NCBI GenBank assembly: GCA_051942205.1
Contig: JAVECO010000140.1
Location: forward strand, 1-62,815
DNA length: 62,815 bases
Source: Coniocarpon cinnabarinum
Lineage: Eukaryota
Direction: 5' to 3'
Positions 22,689-34,679 of the stretch are shown here, piece after piece; the first letter of the stretch is position 1, and the number at the start of each line of letters is the position of its first letter. The notes under the pieces are model-generated. The model was given only the letters and a program-made list of their open reading frames with translations, was not told the origin of the DNA and ran no database searches. Position numbers and translations under genes: made by a program.

Positions 22689-22784
22689 ACAGCATGATTA
22701 CAACACGTTCCATGCTGATTCTGAATGTCCTCGGACCCATTGTTGAATCAGTGAATCGAGCTTTTCATCTTTCGAATGACTCCT
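22689..22784 (+). ncRNA. snR53: Box C/D snoRNA, snR53-like (SSU Am796 guide) with a second LSU guide
   Basis: C ATGATTA 22694-22700. TTCCATGCTGAT before D' CTGA 22721-22724 pairs with SSU AUUAGCAUGGAA (+5 = A). GCTTTTCATCTTTCGA before D ATGA 22776-22779. Confidence 0.8.
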
Positions 22785-22916
22785 TTCCTTGCCACGAAGC
22801 TCTTATACCCGTCATGGTGGCTGAAGTGCTGCTGATACTGCGGATTACAGGTACAATTTAGTGAATTCAAAGCTGTAGTAACAACGGGTGTCCATTCTCA
22901 ATACCCATTCGCTTTT

Positions 22917-23914
22917 CTACCTGGTTTGATAAGCTTCTAGCTTCTCATCGTTCCAGCTGTATAAGTCAGCTCTGAGCATCAGTCAATCAAGACGCATCTC
23001 AGCGAAGAAGACTTACTTCACGAACTCTCCACTCAGCTCTATCGGTGGACGAAGCGCTAATCTTGCCATGACAGAGCCAGGCTGCTCTGGCCTGAGCATC
23101 TCTCCCTTTTCCCTTAGGCTTGTAAATCTTTCGACATCCTGTTTGTCCATTTTGCTGAAATGCTCATCCCTGATAGTATCTTGCATTGCTGTTTCAACTA
23201 CTCCGGGACGAATAGCAAGAGTCGTGATTTCTTGTTCTTCCGCAGCTAGCGTACGCGCCAGACTATTCAACACAGCCTTGGAAGCACCGTAGGCGCCCCA
23301 GGTTGCCATACCTTTGACTGCAGCGCCACTGGAGGTGAAAATTATGGCTCCTTTAGATTTTCGTAACGGCTCCAGCCCAGCTTTGACCTATCATGCTTTC
23401 AGCACAGGCTATTGAGGATGTCACTGCCCGTCAACACATCGGCCATACCAGAGCAAGAGCGCTCAAGACGTTCACATCCAATGACTTCTGAAACGACTCA
23501 ATGCTTGCGTTCTGAATTCGTTCAGCAGGATCAAGAGTCCCATGGTTCACGATTACTCCATCCAAACGGCCCCATTTTTCTATTGCCACAGTGACCACGT
23601 ATTTGGCTTGCGATGGATCATCCATGTGAGCCGCTACGACTGCCAGCCTGTCCTTGTGATGTTCTTGAAGCCTTGAAAGCGCTTCATATGATCGAGCTGT
23701 GGCCAGTATCTTCGCAGAACCGTCTTCCTTCAACAGACAATGACATATTGCACGTCCAATACCTGTCGGCGAAATTGCTCATCAGCATCATGCGGCCATC
23801 TCGTTGGGTTCGTTGATGTCTGAAATACGGTCGACCACGGGGCTCGGAAGTATTTGGCCACTCACCTCGAGATGCTCCCGTTACAATGTAAACTTTTCCT
23901 TCGTTCGTCGTCAT
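22917..23914 (-). CDS. Short-chain dehydrogenase/reductase (Yir035c/benzil reductase-like), 4 exons
   Basis: YIVTGASRG|IG, LDGVIVNHG, IFTSSGAA, YGASKA, IRPGVVET. Last exon WNDEKLEAYQTR*. Confidence 0.9.
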
Positions 23915-24609
23915 ATTTCAGTTTGTTGTTAAGTTGGTGACTGCGAAGAGTATTTGTGTTCCATCGCAGTGAAAAAGTTCTAAATACAATAGTGACGTCA
24001 CTGCACTGGGGTGCGAGAATGCTTCAACGGACCACTATGGAAGTTCAAAAGTCCACGCCCACAGTGAATACTGAACGTTCTGTACAATTATCACGTGATA
24101 GATACATCTACATATTTGGCGTTTGTTTATGTAAGTCATACCTCCAACGTTGTCATTGTAGAGAAGAGAGAACGAAACACTATCATCTGATAGGCTATTT
24201 CCAACTTTATCAATGGCGTCTCAAGAATGCACCTCTCGTCTGCCACTTTCTTACCAAGCATCGATCACCGCTCTTGACCACTTGCGCCAACCATATCTTG
24301 TCCAACGTGTGGATTTCAATTGATTATGCATGCCAAAGATGTCGCGCATGTAGTCCAGCTCAACGCGTACTGATGACTGTTTGTGAGTGGCCTCAGCGAC
24401 CACAAAGCGCTCGCCCAGACAAAGACCTGCAGAAACATGACTGTTTTCGGCATCATCTTAGGCCCACAATTCGAGTCTCTATTTGAGATGCTACTCACCG
24501 CTTACCGGAGTACACTTTGCCGCGCAAGACGGCAGTCCCTCAAAGTTTGTCGCAATCGAGTTTCTTGCCTCCGCATAGAACAATCATCCACGCGCACTCA
24601 TCCACGACC

Positions 24610-24954
24610 ATGCACCTGCTCTTTCAAATTAAGTTCACTCTATTCATTGTCTTCTCTGCCTCAGCTCCAGCTCTTGCCCAACCGCCTCCAGGATCCAAGG
24701 GCTGCACACCCGACGTCATCCCCATCATCGCCTACAGATTCGCCCCCTGCTCCATCATCTGCTACGAGAATGTGATGCACGGCCCACCCGTTATAGCAGA
24801 ATGCGCCCCCTGCGACATGCAATGTTTCACGCACCGCGGCAAGAAGACGTTCGTGAACGCCGTGGCGGCGTGCGCCGCGCAGTCCCGTACGAATGTGGGT
24901 GATAGGGTTGGGATACTGGCTTGGCTGAAGAATACGATCGAGAATCATCCTTGA
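24610..24954 (+). CDS. Small secreted cysteine-rich protein (114 aa), degenerate CFEM-like
   Basis: Hydrophobic signal peptide ending ALA-Q; 7 Cys including PCSIIC...CAPCDMQC...C. Coding-like GC content. Confidence 0.6.
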   Translation: MHLLFQIKFTLFIVFSASAPALAQPPPGSKGCTPDVIPIIAYRFAPCSIICYENVMHGPPVIAECAPCDMQCFTHRGKKTFVNAVAACAAQSRTNVGDRVGILAWLKNTIENHP

Positions 24955-25708
24955 ATGGAGCTACGCATGTGGACCTTGCCAGTGTTTGGAGAATTCTTTA
25001 GTGGACCTGGACACTTCATCAAGCAGTTTCATTCGACCTTCTGGTCCAACTTGCCCGATTCATTTTGGCAAGACTTTGATATAAACCTCTACATTCGCTT
25101 AGTAACAACTCACGATGGACTCACCCTTACACCGCCACCCGCTTGAATAGCCATCAGGCGCCGCTTGTGTGGCGGTAGATCGAGTCAGCATTGAGGAATA
25201 CCCGGACTGGAAGGATGACTGGTAGAGAGCTAAGGTAAAGAGGGCGTATGGAGACGAGCAAGTCGGAAAGGCAACACCATCGCGATGCTTAGGGCATTGA
25301 CCTTGTGTGCTGGTGTCAATGCAGTTGCTTAGATTTCTTGAAGGCCTTGTGAGAAGTCTAGACCGCCTCAGCAGCCTCTTTACTCTTAAACAGCTTGAAG
25401 AATACATTTGTCTTGATGAGCTGCGCCGTGCCCTCGTGGATAGAGACGAGATGCTTATGTTGTCGACATTGCTGTGTGACAAGTATCTCTAGTTTCTTTG
25501 CCGCCGCGTTAAGAGGGCAAGGATTGATTCAGGACGCAACGGTGACTGAGCGGCTCTATACATATGTATGCAAATGATACATCACTCAACAATTCTGTAT
25601 CAGATATCGCGTCTATGCAACATGTCCTTATTTTCTAAGACTAACGCGCATCATCAACATGCCCATGATCCAAATCCCCAAATCCACGTTGCCACAAAAA
25701 GTGCTGAC

Positions 25709-28700
25709 CTACTGTCGCTGCTCCTCATCACCTCTTCCCCAGAACAATCCAACAACCCGATCAAACATCACCTTGACACTCGGCAACGCCCCCGTTGTAC
25801 TCTGACTATCACCAGTCGCAAGGACAGGACCCGTTCCGACCGCTTCCGCTAGCTTCTGACTCGGCACAACGCGCGGCTCCGTTCGCCCAAGCGGTTCCAC
25901 TTCTTCGTCTGTATTTGCTCGTCGGTCCGTCTCTGCTCGTCTCGCATTGAAGGAGGATAAGATGCCTGTGTCACGTTCTTCAGTCTCGCTGTCGACTTCC
26001 ATGGCACCTGCTTCTGTGTCTTGCCGGGCCATGGCTTTAGACAGAGCTTCACTCATCAACGGCGGTTCGATGCGGCGGATGTTGGCGTTGCTGTCGACAA
26101 CAACGAACCCTTTTTTGAGCATTAGATTCGTGTCTTCACCTTGGCCTGCGTTGGATGCATCCATTGAATCGGGAGCGGCGACATCTCCACCTGCAGATAA
26201 TAATGCTAATGCCAGATGTGGCAGGTCGATGGAGTGTTGAGGTTCACCAGGGATCTCTGCAGGAGATTGAGGCCCTTCGTAAAGCGGATGTATTGAGTAA
26301 ATGTGAACGCGTGACGTAAAGTCGCGATGAGCGTGCGGAGGAAGGCTGCTGGCATCGACACCAAAAGCCTGATCAAGCTTTTTGGGAACGGGGATAGCAA
26401 CGGCGAGTTTCTGCGTTGCGTGATTGATGGCGAAATGGACTGGAGGCGCTGAGTCCTCAGATTGCTGAAATGTGATGCTCTGTGAATATCTATTCGCTGG
26501 GAGGTCCCATATGTCAAGGTGTCTTCGACTAAAATCCAAGAGGAATCGATTGACAAAAGCCAGACCCTGCTTCTGACCACTGTCGCGATGCTGAGAAATG
26601 GCATGATCATTTTTGGCGTCGCGTAAACGTCCCGTATCAGCATCGAGGAGATAAAGCGAGCTTTCCCTTTGAATGCGTGTTGCGTTCTGTGTGATCGCTC
26701 GTGGATGCTTCAGATGTTGAGGGAACCCAATACGCGCGGCAATGAGGCTGCCATCATCACTCCAGGCCAGTTGAGCATCAGCAAGGACTAATGCAGTCAA
26801 GGGCTCGTCTCTATACGCGCCTTCGAGCGGTACGACGTGTTGCAGAGCCCACCACGTCTGTGCAGTAGATTCACCACGATCACCTTTAACAATCCTGCCG
26901 TCCTGAGTTCTCGTCCTAGGCCTCCAGGTGCGCACCATACGATCTTCTCCAATGGTCGCGAATGCACTCTCTGTGGGATTGACTTGTAGAGTGTGTACGC
27001 GCGCCACACCCCCAGCCTCAGTAGCTTGTAATTGATGTGGCGAGGGCATTATGGTGTTGAGCATCCAATTCTGGTCTCGGGCGTTCCAACGCCAGATCCG
27101 CAGATGAACCTCACGCTGCCTCATCTGCTCAGCCTCGAGATCAGGTCGGTCATCTGCAAGATCTCTGAGATCCTCCGTTGCTGGTTGCCATTCGTCAACA
27201 GTCACAAGCCACTTGCCATTAGAAGTAAGTGCGATGTGAAGAAGGGTCGGCTCTTGAAGTTTGCTGCCTTCGGGACTCAAATTGGTGCTTGTTGCATTGT
27301 TTCGCGTCAGAGCTTGACGAGACACATGCAAGTTCCGAATGAAATCGTAAGTCTGGAGATACGGCGATGGAGGAGTGTTGGGGAAGACGGATGTGTTGGC
27401 AGACTGGTGAGAAGGAGCCGCTATGAGTAGTTGCGATGGGGTGCTGGGATTGACAATGCATGTCAAGGAAGTTGCTGCCCTGCCGCTTGCGAACGCTTTG
27501 AGGGTCTCCTTAGTCGGCAAGATGAGGCGTTGGTCTATCATTGAAGCTGTACTGGGTGTTTGAAGGCTTGCAAAATGGGCGATCGGCATTAGCTCAGCTG
27601 TGGAGAGCACCATGATCGTGTTATCGGCGGTGCCGACGGCATACATGCTTCCTGACGGTGAAATCGAAAGCGTTCGAATAGGGGACTCTAGATGGGGAAG
27701 AAATGACTTTCTGCCAGTATCGAGCTGCCACAGTACAAGCACGGTCTCCTGACCACCAGATATGAGATAATTGCCTAGGAATCGTTAGCGTAGGCAAGGA
27801 CAGGGCAGCATGAGTCTTACTGTCAGGAGAAAAGGCAACTGCACCGACTGCTTCACGATGCCAGTGCATTTGGCGAGGGGAAAGTGGTGGTTTTGTAGAC
27901 TTTGCTCTTTCTGATATCCGAAGACTCTTTAAAACATTCGTGTGCATGTATATGCAGCCGCTCAAACCGCCGTATGCGATATCAAGCTGATCATTCTCTT
28001 TGACTTCATGCACGCCCTCGTCATGCTGAGCATCCTCAGCATCTGCGTTTCCTGCCTCTCTTATTTGAAAATCAAAGCAGCTTGGGGGCTCTTTGCATTG
28101 AATCTCGTGCCATAAATATTCTGCATCCTGTAAGAAGCGATCTGTTTCGCTGACCTGTTTCTTCAGCGTGCCTACTAGCACTTGTCGAGGTGTTGTGGCG
28201 ACAACGATTCGACCTGATCTAGTGACTTTCAATGACTGGAGGGGCAGCCCGCGCTTGAGTATGCGCCTAGGTGCCGAGTCTTGAGATTTGTGACTCCTCA
28301 CGTGAATTTCAGAATGCTTCACACCGTTGGTAATGAAAAATAGAAGCGGTCCAACATGTGCGCTTAAACGACCGGTGCACGTCAAGGCGAGGACTGCGCG
28401 GCTTTCAGCGCCGTCCAGCAGCGTTTCGGTGCCGGACTTTAATTCTCGGATCATCATCCTGCCATCTGCGAGACCTAGACACACTCTCTGAGAGGATGAT
28501 TTTCGATTTGGACAGAACGTAAAAGATGTCACCCCGATCTCGTCTGGTGGCTCAATAGCGCGCTCAATAAGGGACGAGTTCAGTGAGCCAATACTCGCAA
28601 AAATTTCAGTAGAGAACAAGAGATGCCTACTATTTGTCAACAGAAGATCTTTAGTAGTTGTGATACACTTGTGGTTAATTACCTTTCGTCAATGGAAAAT

Positions 28701-29491
28701 TGAGCAGCCGATTGGAGGAATCGTCCGGCAAGCGGTTTTGAGGATTTCCAAGCACTCGTGGACGAGTAAGTGTCAGGATTTGAGACATGTACCACAGAGC
28801 CGGTGTCCTCAATTCTCGGCTCCGAGTTGTGGAGGCCCGCGCCAGAAGATCGATGTCGCTTGCGTCTTTTCGGCGCGACAGTAGCAACGGCCAAAGGATG
28901 TTCGAAAGGATGTCCATTTCTTGATGGCGACAAGCTTGCATTTGCCGTGTCCTGAGCATTTATATACTCATTGTCAGCCTTTCGTTTCGACTTGTGCTTC
29001 TTATGTGATTTGCTATGCTCTTCCTTGTCCTCCAATAAACGAGAATGCTTCTTGCGTGAATGATTTCGAGGTGAAGTTTGGTGCGGTGTGGCGTCGGAGC
29101 TATTCTGTGTCGCTTTCCCTTCTCTCAGGGAGTCCCTACTAGCAGAAATGTGCTTATCGTCGGTATTGGACTCGCGAGAACCTGAGTTGAGCGCATCGTG
29201 TTTTTGTGTTGTTTCAGTTCGCTTTTTCTCATCGCCGTCTTGTCGTACATCTCGTCCCTTCTTGACTCGATTTCTGCGCTGTTTGCGCTTCTTACTCGTT
29301 GTTTCATCATCTCTGTCCTCCCAACTCGTGTTTCTGCCTAGTTCTTGGGGTGTTCGAGCCTGTTGCCCTTCGAGGATTTCGTTGTGAGTCTCTTGCTTCG
29401 TGTGTTTCGATCTTTTACGTTTGCGCTTCGAAGGAATCTCTGCGTCTTCGCGTTTCCTTTTCAAGCCATTTCTAGCTTCAGTTGTATCCAT
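25709..29491 (-). CDS. UTP17: U3 snoRNP t-UTP subunit Utp17/Nan1/WDR75 (WD repeat), 3 exons
   Basis: Basic low-complexity N-terminus; HWHREAV..V.FS.D|GNYLISGGQETVLVLWQLDTG.K.FLPHL; ALTRNN; WLVTVDEW. Introns ~28628-28682 and ~27776-27820. Confidence 0.88.
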
Positions 29492-29741
29492 GTTGCAAAG
29501 CAGCGTTCCTCAAGGTAAGGGTGACCAGGTATCTGGACGTGCTGGACTACAACTTTTCGAAAATATGGGCCATTGGCTCAAATAGGTAATTTGGTATACT
29601 TCGCGAAAAATTGCATCGGTCGCTTCGCCTTGCCCTACTCTACTCTTCTCGTTTTCGGGACTGCGGCGTACAAAGCAACACCAAGAAGTGGTTTTGTCGG
29701 GTCACCTTTGCATTCATACACCTGCCGCAAGTGCCACGAAG

Positions 29742-30136
29742 ATGATCATACCCGTGCGCTGCTTCTCGTGCGGCAAGGTACGCCCCACTCAAGCCAATGG
29801 ACCACAGTTGCAAACCTCTGATTAGGCGCGCAGGTTATTGCGGACCTTTGGGAAACATATCTTGAGCTTCTTGACGAAGGAGTACCTGATGGGTATGACA
29901 TTCCGTGATTGCTATTTCATAATGCGAAAATGGCGGTTGATTGAGAGCCCATCGGGCTTGAGGCTGCGGCTGTTCGACGATCCTTCCTAGGGCTACGCTG
30001 ACAATGAACAATCTATAGAGATGCCATGGAACAAATTGGGCTGAGGCGCTATTGCTGCCGTCGAATGGTTATGACGCACGTTGACCTGATCGAGAAGCTG
30101 CTGCGATATGATCCAAGTCAACGTGTCAGGGAATGA
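29742..30136 (+). CDS. RPB10: RNA polymerases I/II/III common subunit Rpb10, 3 exons
   Basis: Not in the ORF track. Spliced product [25 protein letters not shown]...|[30 protein letters not shown]. Confidence 0.95.
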
Positions 30137-30612
30137 TATCGCAGACAAAGAATTTCCCAGCAAATACGACATGAAACTCATCAGCTCGAGCAATATTTGG
30201 CCGTGTTGATGCAAGAGCTTCCTGCATAAGCAATGATATGAGAGAGAGCCTCAACATCCCGCCAATGTCAAAGGATCACGAACCCGCTGGGAATGAGGTG
30301 CAGAAATGAGAGGTTTTTGTGAACGGAGCAAAGAACCACGAGCCTTCCTATGATTTTGTGAGAGCATCACAAGTTGTTTCCGGCAAGAGGCGTCCCATTT
30401 CCGAGATGGAGGACCAGCTGAGGATCGTGACAAGCAGTGTTTATCGCTAAATAAGTCTATTGAGATGCATTTCCCGTGCCAACATGCTATGCGTTAAGAA
30501 CGTACGAAGTGACAACACAGTTCCTTTCCCAGGTTCTTCCCTTCAATTCTAACGCTCCCTAATGAGTGTGCCTCAACACCATCGCGATGCTTCGAAACGA
30601 TTTATCCATTCA

Positions 30613-32835
30613 TCATGACCGTAATGCTTTGATTGCGCCCGCCAGTCGCTGATAGTCTCTGAGCAGCAACTCCACATCGTAGCCGTTGAGCTCCTTAGCG
30701 TCTTTGATTCCAATGAATCTCTGCACAGGAGGTCCGATACCATTCAAGTCCACTTTTCGCGTCAAAGGCTGCGCGGCAGGAGCGTTGGATTCAGGCGTTG
30801 CGCCATCCACTTGAGTTGACTTGAGTCCTTCGCCAGGGCCCGGTGATGCAGTCGATGAAGGTGGCGCGCTGGGTGGAGTGTTTTTATTGGGTCCCCGCAT
30901 CGAAAAACCTTTGTAGCTGAACGGATTCAAGTTAATAGAGTTACTAAAATTTCTCATTGACTCAAAAGCATTGTTGCCTCCTGCTAAAGGCGCTGTCGTC
31001 GATGCTGTGCTGCTCGATGTGTGAGATGCGATGCTGGCGTTGTCACCTTGAGCCTTGTCAAGGCTGGCGTTTACATTTTGAAGCTTCTTTCCAAGGACTT
31101 CCTGCGCGTCCGCCGAATGTTGCCCTCTGTCTGTCGCTCGCTTACCTCCAATAAGCTCGAGCATGCGCCTGCTGGCATCGTCATTACTATTTGGACTCGA
31201 CAACTCTGCGCGGACCCCGAGTCCATGTCCGCTATTCTCATTTTCGAGGTCAGCAAGATCTTTGTCCGCATCTCGCGTCACCAGCTTGTGAGCGTCTTCG
31301 AGTGTCTTGGGTGTTCCGCCATCCTTTGCAGGCGATTGTGTCGCTTGCTTCTCTTTGATCCGTCCGAAAAGAAACTTAAAGCTGCCATCCAAAGCGTTAT
31401 GCATAGCATCATAAGCCGAATCCACGGCACCCTCCAGCGGGTTTGCAGGTTTCGATGACATCAACTGACTTAATCGCCGACCATGTTTAGGAGACTTCGC
31501 AGTGTTACTGCCGGGCTGTGGTGGCGACAGAGGCAGTCCTCGAAACATAGGGTCCGACTTTTCTGACCTCGGCGTTGATGATCCATGTGAGTTTTGATCA
31601 TGCTTCTGTGGCCCTTGTGGTAGCTCGTCCCTGCGTATAGACGACAAGTCAACAGTTTCAAGGAATGAAATAGCTGCTTCAAGGTTGGTCAGGCAATAGG
31701 CAGCTTCGCCATCTAATTTTGATTGGTTACGGAAACGTTGAATGAAGAGTAGATTAGACACTACGCTCAAGGTCTCCGGAGGAGAGATAATGATAACATA
31801 TATGAGCGTTGGTAGGATTTCGTCAGCTGAAGAGGATGACGGAAATAATAGTGATAGCGATTCGACAATCTTCTTATGAACAGAAGACAGACGCTGAAGC
31901 TTTGCTTGCGGATATCGGTCCTCGTTGACAAGCTCAAGCTGTGATCGTGCTTCATTCAGCTTCTCTTTGACTTCGTCTCTTTCACTGTTGGATGCCATGG
32001 ATGGATCAGGGGTGGATTCGCCGTCGCTCGCCATTGCCGTGGACAACAACTCCTTTAGATCGACGCCAACCACTGATAATGCTGCGGCTCTTGAACGCAA
32101 CTTGGCATCTCTCGACTCGTCGTCTGTCAGACTGTGTCGCCATAAGCGAGGGTAGACACGCTCGCAGACGCCCCGCTCGACAGCTTCCTCCATTGCAAGT
32201 TTCTTCAATTCAAGCTGGCGCCTTGCTTTTCTCCGATCTGAGACCTCTGATGGAGTGAGTAATTGTTGTTCGGACTCTCGCTTCTTCAAGGGTGGTGGTC
32301 TTTCCCGAGTGGCCCTCCGCCCACCTCTGCTCGAAGCTGCGGAGCCTGTTGAGGAGAGCGATGGCGATGGCGATTTTTCACGCGCTAACCTAGAGGATAG
32401 TGTGGCGATATGGGTAGCTATGTGTGATTCCACGTGCACATAAAAGTCCTGATATAGCTCAGACAGGCGATCGATGGACAAGGCAGCACTTGAGCTCTGC
32501 AGCGAGAGTGTCTCCAGGAAACGTTCGAGCAAGCTTTGTATCTCGATCGGCAATTCTCCCATTCTTTCGAAGTCTTCATCGTGCTGCTCTTCTTTCGGCG
32601 TCTGCGTCGGCTCGTCTTCATCTTGTGTATCGAAGATATCACTGTGGCTTCTATCTAGTTCCCGATCGGGTGTTTGCACATGTGGACTCGATACGAGAGG
32701 ACTCGGATTGCCAGTGAGGATGCTGGCAGGATCAGTAGGTGGAGATCTGACGGAGGGTGACTCGAAACGAGAGAATGAATGCGTCTTTAAGGGAGTGGGG
32801 TGTGCTGGCCGCTCATGCTCTTGCATCCGCTGCAT
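30613..32835 (-). CDS. VPS9-domain Rab5 GEF (Muk1-like)
   Basis: SADEILPTLIY, FIQRFR, GEAAYCLTNLEAAISFLE VPS9 motifs; C-terminal LLRDYQRLA. Confidence 0.88.
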   Translation of the reverse strand: MQRMQEHERPAHPTPLKTHSFSRFESPSVRSPPTDPASILTGNPSPLVSSPHVQTPDRELDRSHSDIFDTQDEDEPTQTPKEEQHDEDFERMGELPIEIQSLLERFLETLSLQSSSAALSIDRLSELYQDFYVHVESHIATHIATLSSRLAREKSPSPSLSSTGSAASSRGGRRATRERPPPLKKRESEQQLLTPSEVSDRRKARRQLELKKLAMEEAVERGVCERVYPRLWRHSLTDDESRDAKLRSRAAALSVVGVDLKELLSTAMASDGESTPDPSMASNSERDEVKEKLNEARSQLELVNEDRYPQAKLQRLSSVHKKIVESLSLLFPSSSSADEILPTLIYVIIISPPETLSVVSNLLFIQRFRNQSKLDGEAAYCLTNLEAAISFLETVDLSSIRRDELPQGPQKHDQNSHGSSTPRSEKSDPMFRGLPLSPPQPGSNTAKSPKHGRRLSQLMSSKPANPLEGAVDSAYDAMHNALDGSFKFLFGRIKEKQATQSPAKDGGTPKTLEDAHKLVTRDADKDLADLENENSGHGLGVRAELSSPNSNDDASRRMLELIGGKRATDRGQHSADAQEVLGKKLQNVNASLDKAQGDNASIASHTSSSTASTTAPLAGGNNAFESMRNFSNSINLNPFSYKGFSMRGPNKNTPPSAPPSSTASPGPGEGLKSTQVDGATPESNAPAAQPLTRKVDLNGIGPPVQRFIGIKDAKELNGYDVELLLRDYQRLAGAIKALRS

Positions 32836-33589
32836 GGCCGAAGGAGAGCGGTGTGTTTGTGGATGAGCCGGCTATGAGAGAAATCTACCAGCAGTCGTCG
32901 AACATCAGAAGTTCTTGCATGCGCTGTTGGAACATGAGCAGGCCGTCTACGCCAAGTGGAAGTGCTGCATTCATCAGCGTTTACCTGTTGACTGTTGACA
33001 GCTTCGACGTCAAGCGCACGTGTCAAGGTACCAACCCCGAGTCCCTGGCGCTTCGAGGCCATCGGCCCGCCTCGCGCTAGCAGCTCCACTTTCAGCCCTA
33101 TTACCAGGGGCGAGGACCGGATCACCTAACCTACACCCAGAGTACCTACCAAGTCCACCTGCACCTACACCTACCTACCACGTCACGACGCCATCCCCGT
33201 GCAGTACATTCTTGCCTCTTGCTTGACATTCAGGCGCCTTCATGCATGGACTTTCCAAGCCTTGTGTGTAGCGGGTTGCGAAAGCAAGCTAGTCTATCCT
33301 ACACTAAATACACAACCACTACCTATGATATTTGGCAGTCTGACGCACAGAGGACCTTCCGAGGCTCGAAGCACAGCTGGACGGAGCTTCGCAATATGTA
33401 TTGTACGCCCTGCCTATGGTCCCATACTCTGTGCGAAACCTCAAATGAATAGCCATGCCTGTATTGTGAAGGCACTGTGCGCAGCTGCCTGTACCCCAGT
33501 GCTTTCAAAACAAATGTGCGACCGCAATTTGAATTTGTATGCATGCTCTTCTCTCGTTCGATACAGCTCATCTCCCTACCGCCACTGAC

Positions 33590-34282
33590 ATGAATCCCAC
33601 TGTCTCTGTCCGCGAAGTGTGCAAGCCCAATTCTGCTGTGCCGTCAAACGGACAGCAGCAGGATGTCAGCGTCTTCGAAGTGCTCTTCGATGCGGATACA
33701 GAACTCCGTGAGATCTCACAACAACACACCAACATTACTGACAGCCTGGAGCCTGCTTTTTGTAACGTTAGCGCCATGGACGTTCACGCTGCTAAGGAGG
33801 CCTACATCTTCCACGAGAAGAAAACGCGCTACCATGCAGTACAATTGCTGCGTCACTTTGAGACATACAGCATTAACAAGAACGTCCACGAAGGAATTTG
33901 TCTTCACAAGCAATCTCCAGGCCAGCGTTGTGGAGATAGCACCACCTCTGTGATGCAGTTTCTAGCCCAAATCGCCATTGAGGAATCTGTGCTCTGCAGC
34001 GACCCATCAAGCGAAACGAAAGAGGACGAAGGCGATGAAGTCACCGAGGAAGGTTCACATGAGCATGGAAATGCCCCTCCAAGCTCTGTGTGTGATGACA
34101 GTAGTGATGATGAGGAGGAGGAATACCGTGGTCGAGGACGGGACCGACATCGGCGTGGAAGGTCTCGCAAGATGCAAAAAATTGGGCGCGGCTTTGTGAT
34201 CCCAGAGGCTGTAGTTACTCAACACTATGACTTTGTGATCCCCAAGATCGTGATAACAGAAGCCCCGGACGAGTCTTTCTGA
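33590..34282 (+). CDS. Hypothetical protein (230 aa) with terminal PxIxIT motif
   Basis: Intact ORF with acidic and Arg-rich tracts, ending IPKIVITEAPDESF. No family recognised. Confidence 0.6.
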   Translation: MNPTVSVREVCKPNSAVPSNGQQQDVSVFEVLFDADTELREISQQHTNITDSLEPAFCNVSAMDVHAAKEAYIFHEKKTRYHAVQLLRHFETYSINKNVHEGICLHKQSPGQRCGDSTTSVMQFLAQIAIEESVLCSDPSSETKEDEGDEVTEEGSHEHGNAPPSSVCDDSSDDEEEEYRGRGRDRHRRGRSRKMQKIGRGFVIPEAVVTQHYDFVIPKIVITEAPDESF

Positions 34283-34679
34283 GGATGAAGCGCGAAAGTT
34301 TCGGTGAGCCTGTTGGTAAATTCCGAGTATAACATTGTTCTGCGGTAGACACGTTTCGAAGAGCTTCAAGGTCGCATCGGTGTCAATACTGCCACTTTTC
34401 CTCCCATCTCTAGTCCCGCGTATGATTTTCAAGGTGAGCAGCAAAACAAGTAGTAGCTTTGCCAGCTGCCTTGCTGTGCTTAGTCCCTCATTGACGCGTC
34501 ATGTAAACACCTTTGCCTAAGCAAGAAAGACGCGCACATGTCGCCTTTCCGCAAACAAATCCTAGTCTACGTTAGCATTGTTGGATTTGTGTTGCCTGTG
34601 CGTGATACATGCTTCTCTTCGGTCTCTTCAAATTGCGAAATTACAAGTGAGTAATTGGTCATCTTCATGTCGTATCGCA

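Larger units (their letters stand above)
22100..22900 (+). ncRNA. Spliced non-coding snoRNA host transcript with three snoRNA-bearing introns (22212-22386, 22440-22620, 22652-22850); ends approximate
   Basis: Canonical donors GTAAGT, GTACGT and GTATGT; branch-like GCTGAA/TCTGAC/GCTGAT; CAG/TAG acceptors. Exons are short (53 and 31 nt) with no conserved ORF. One C/D unit per intron. Confidence 0.8.

Noticed and set aside
22091..22740. Short ORFs of 72-78 aa in the ORF track
   Set aside because: They overlap snoRNA boxes and splice signals and show no protein features; the region is better explained as non-coding.
24316..24498. Minus-strand 60-aa ORF with a hydrophobic start
   Set aside because: Too short, with no motif or clear splice support.
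29894..30018. Longer RPB10 intron as a possible snoRNA host
   Set aside because: No properly placed box C/D pair or recognisable rRNA antisense element.
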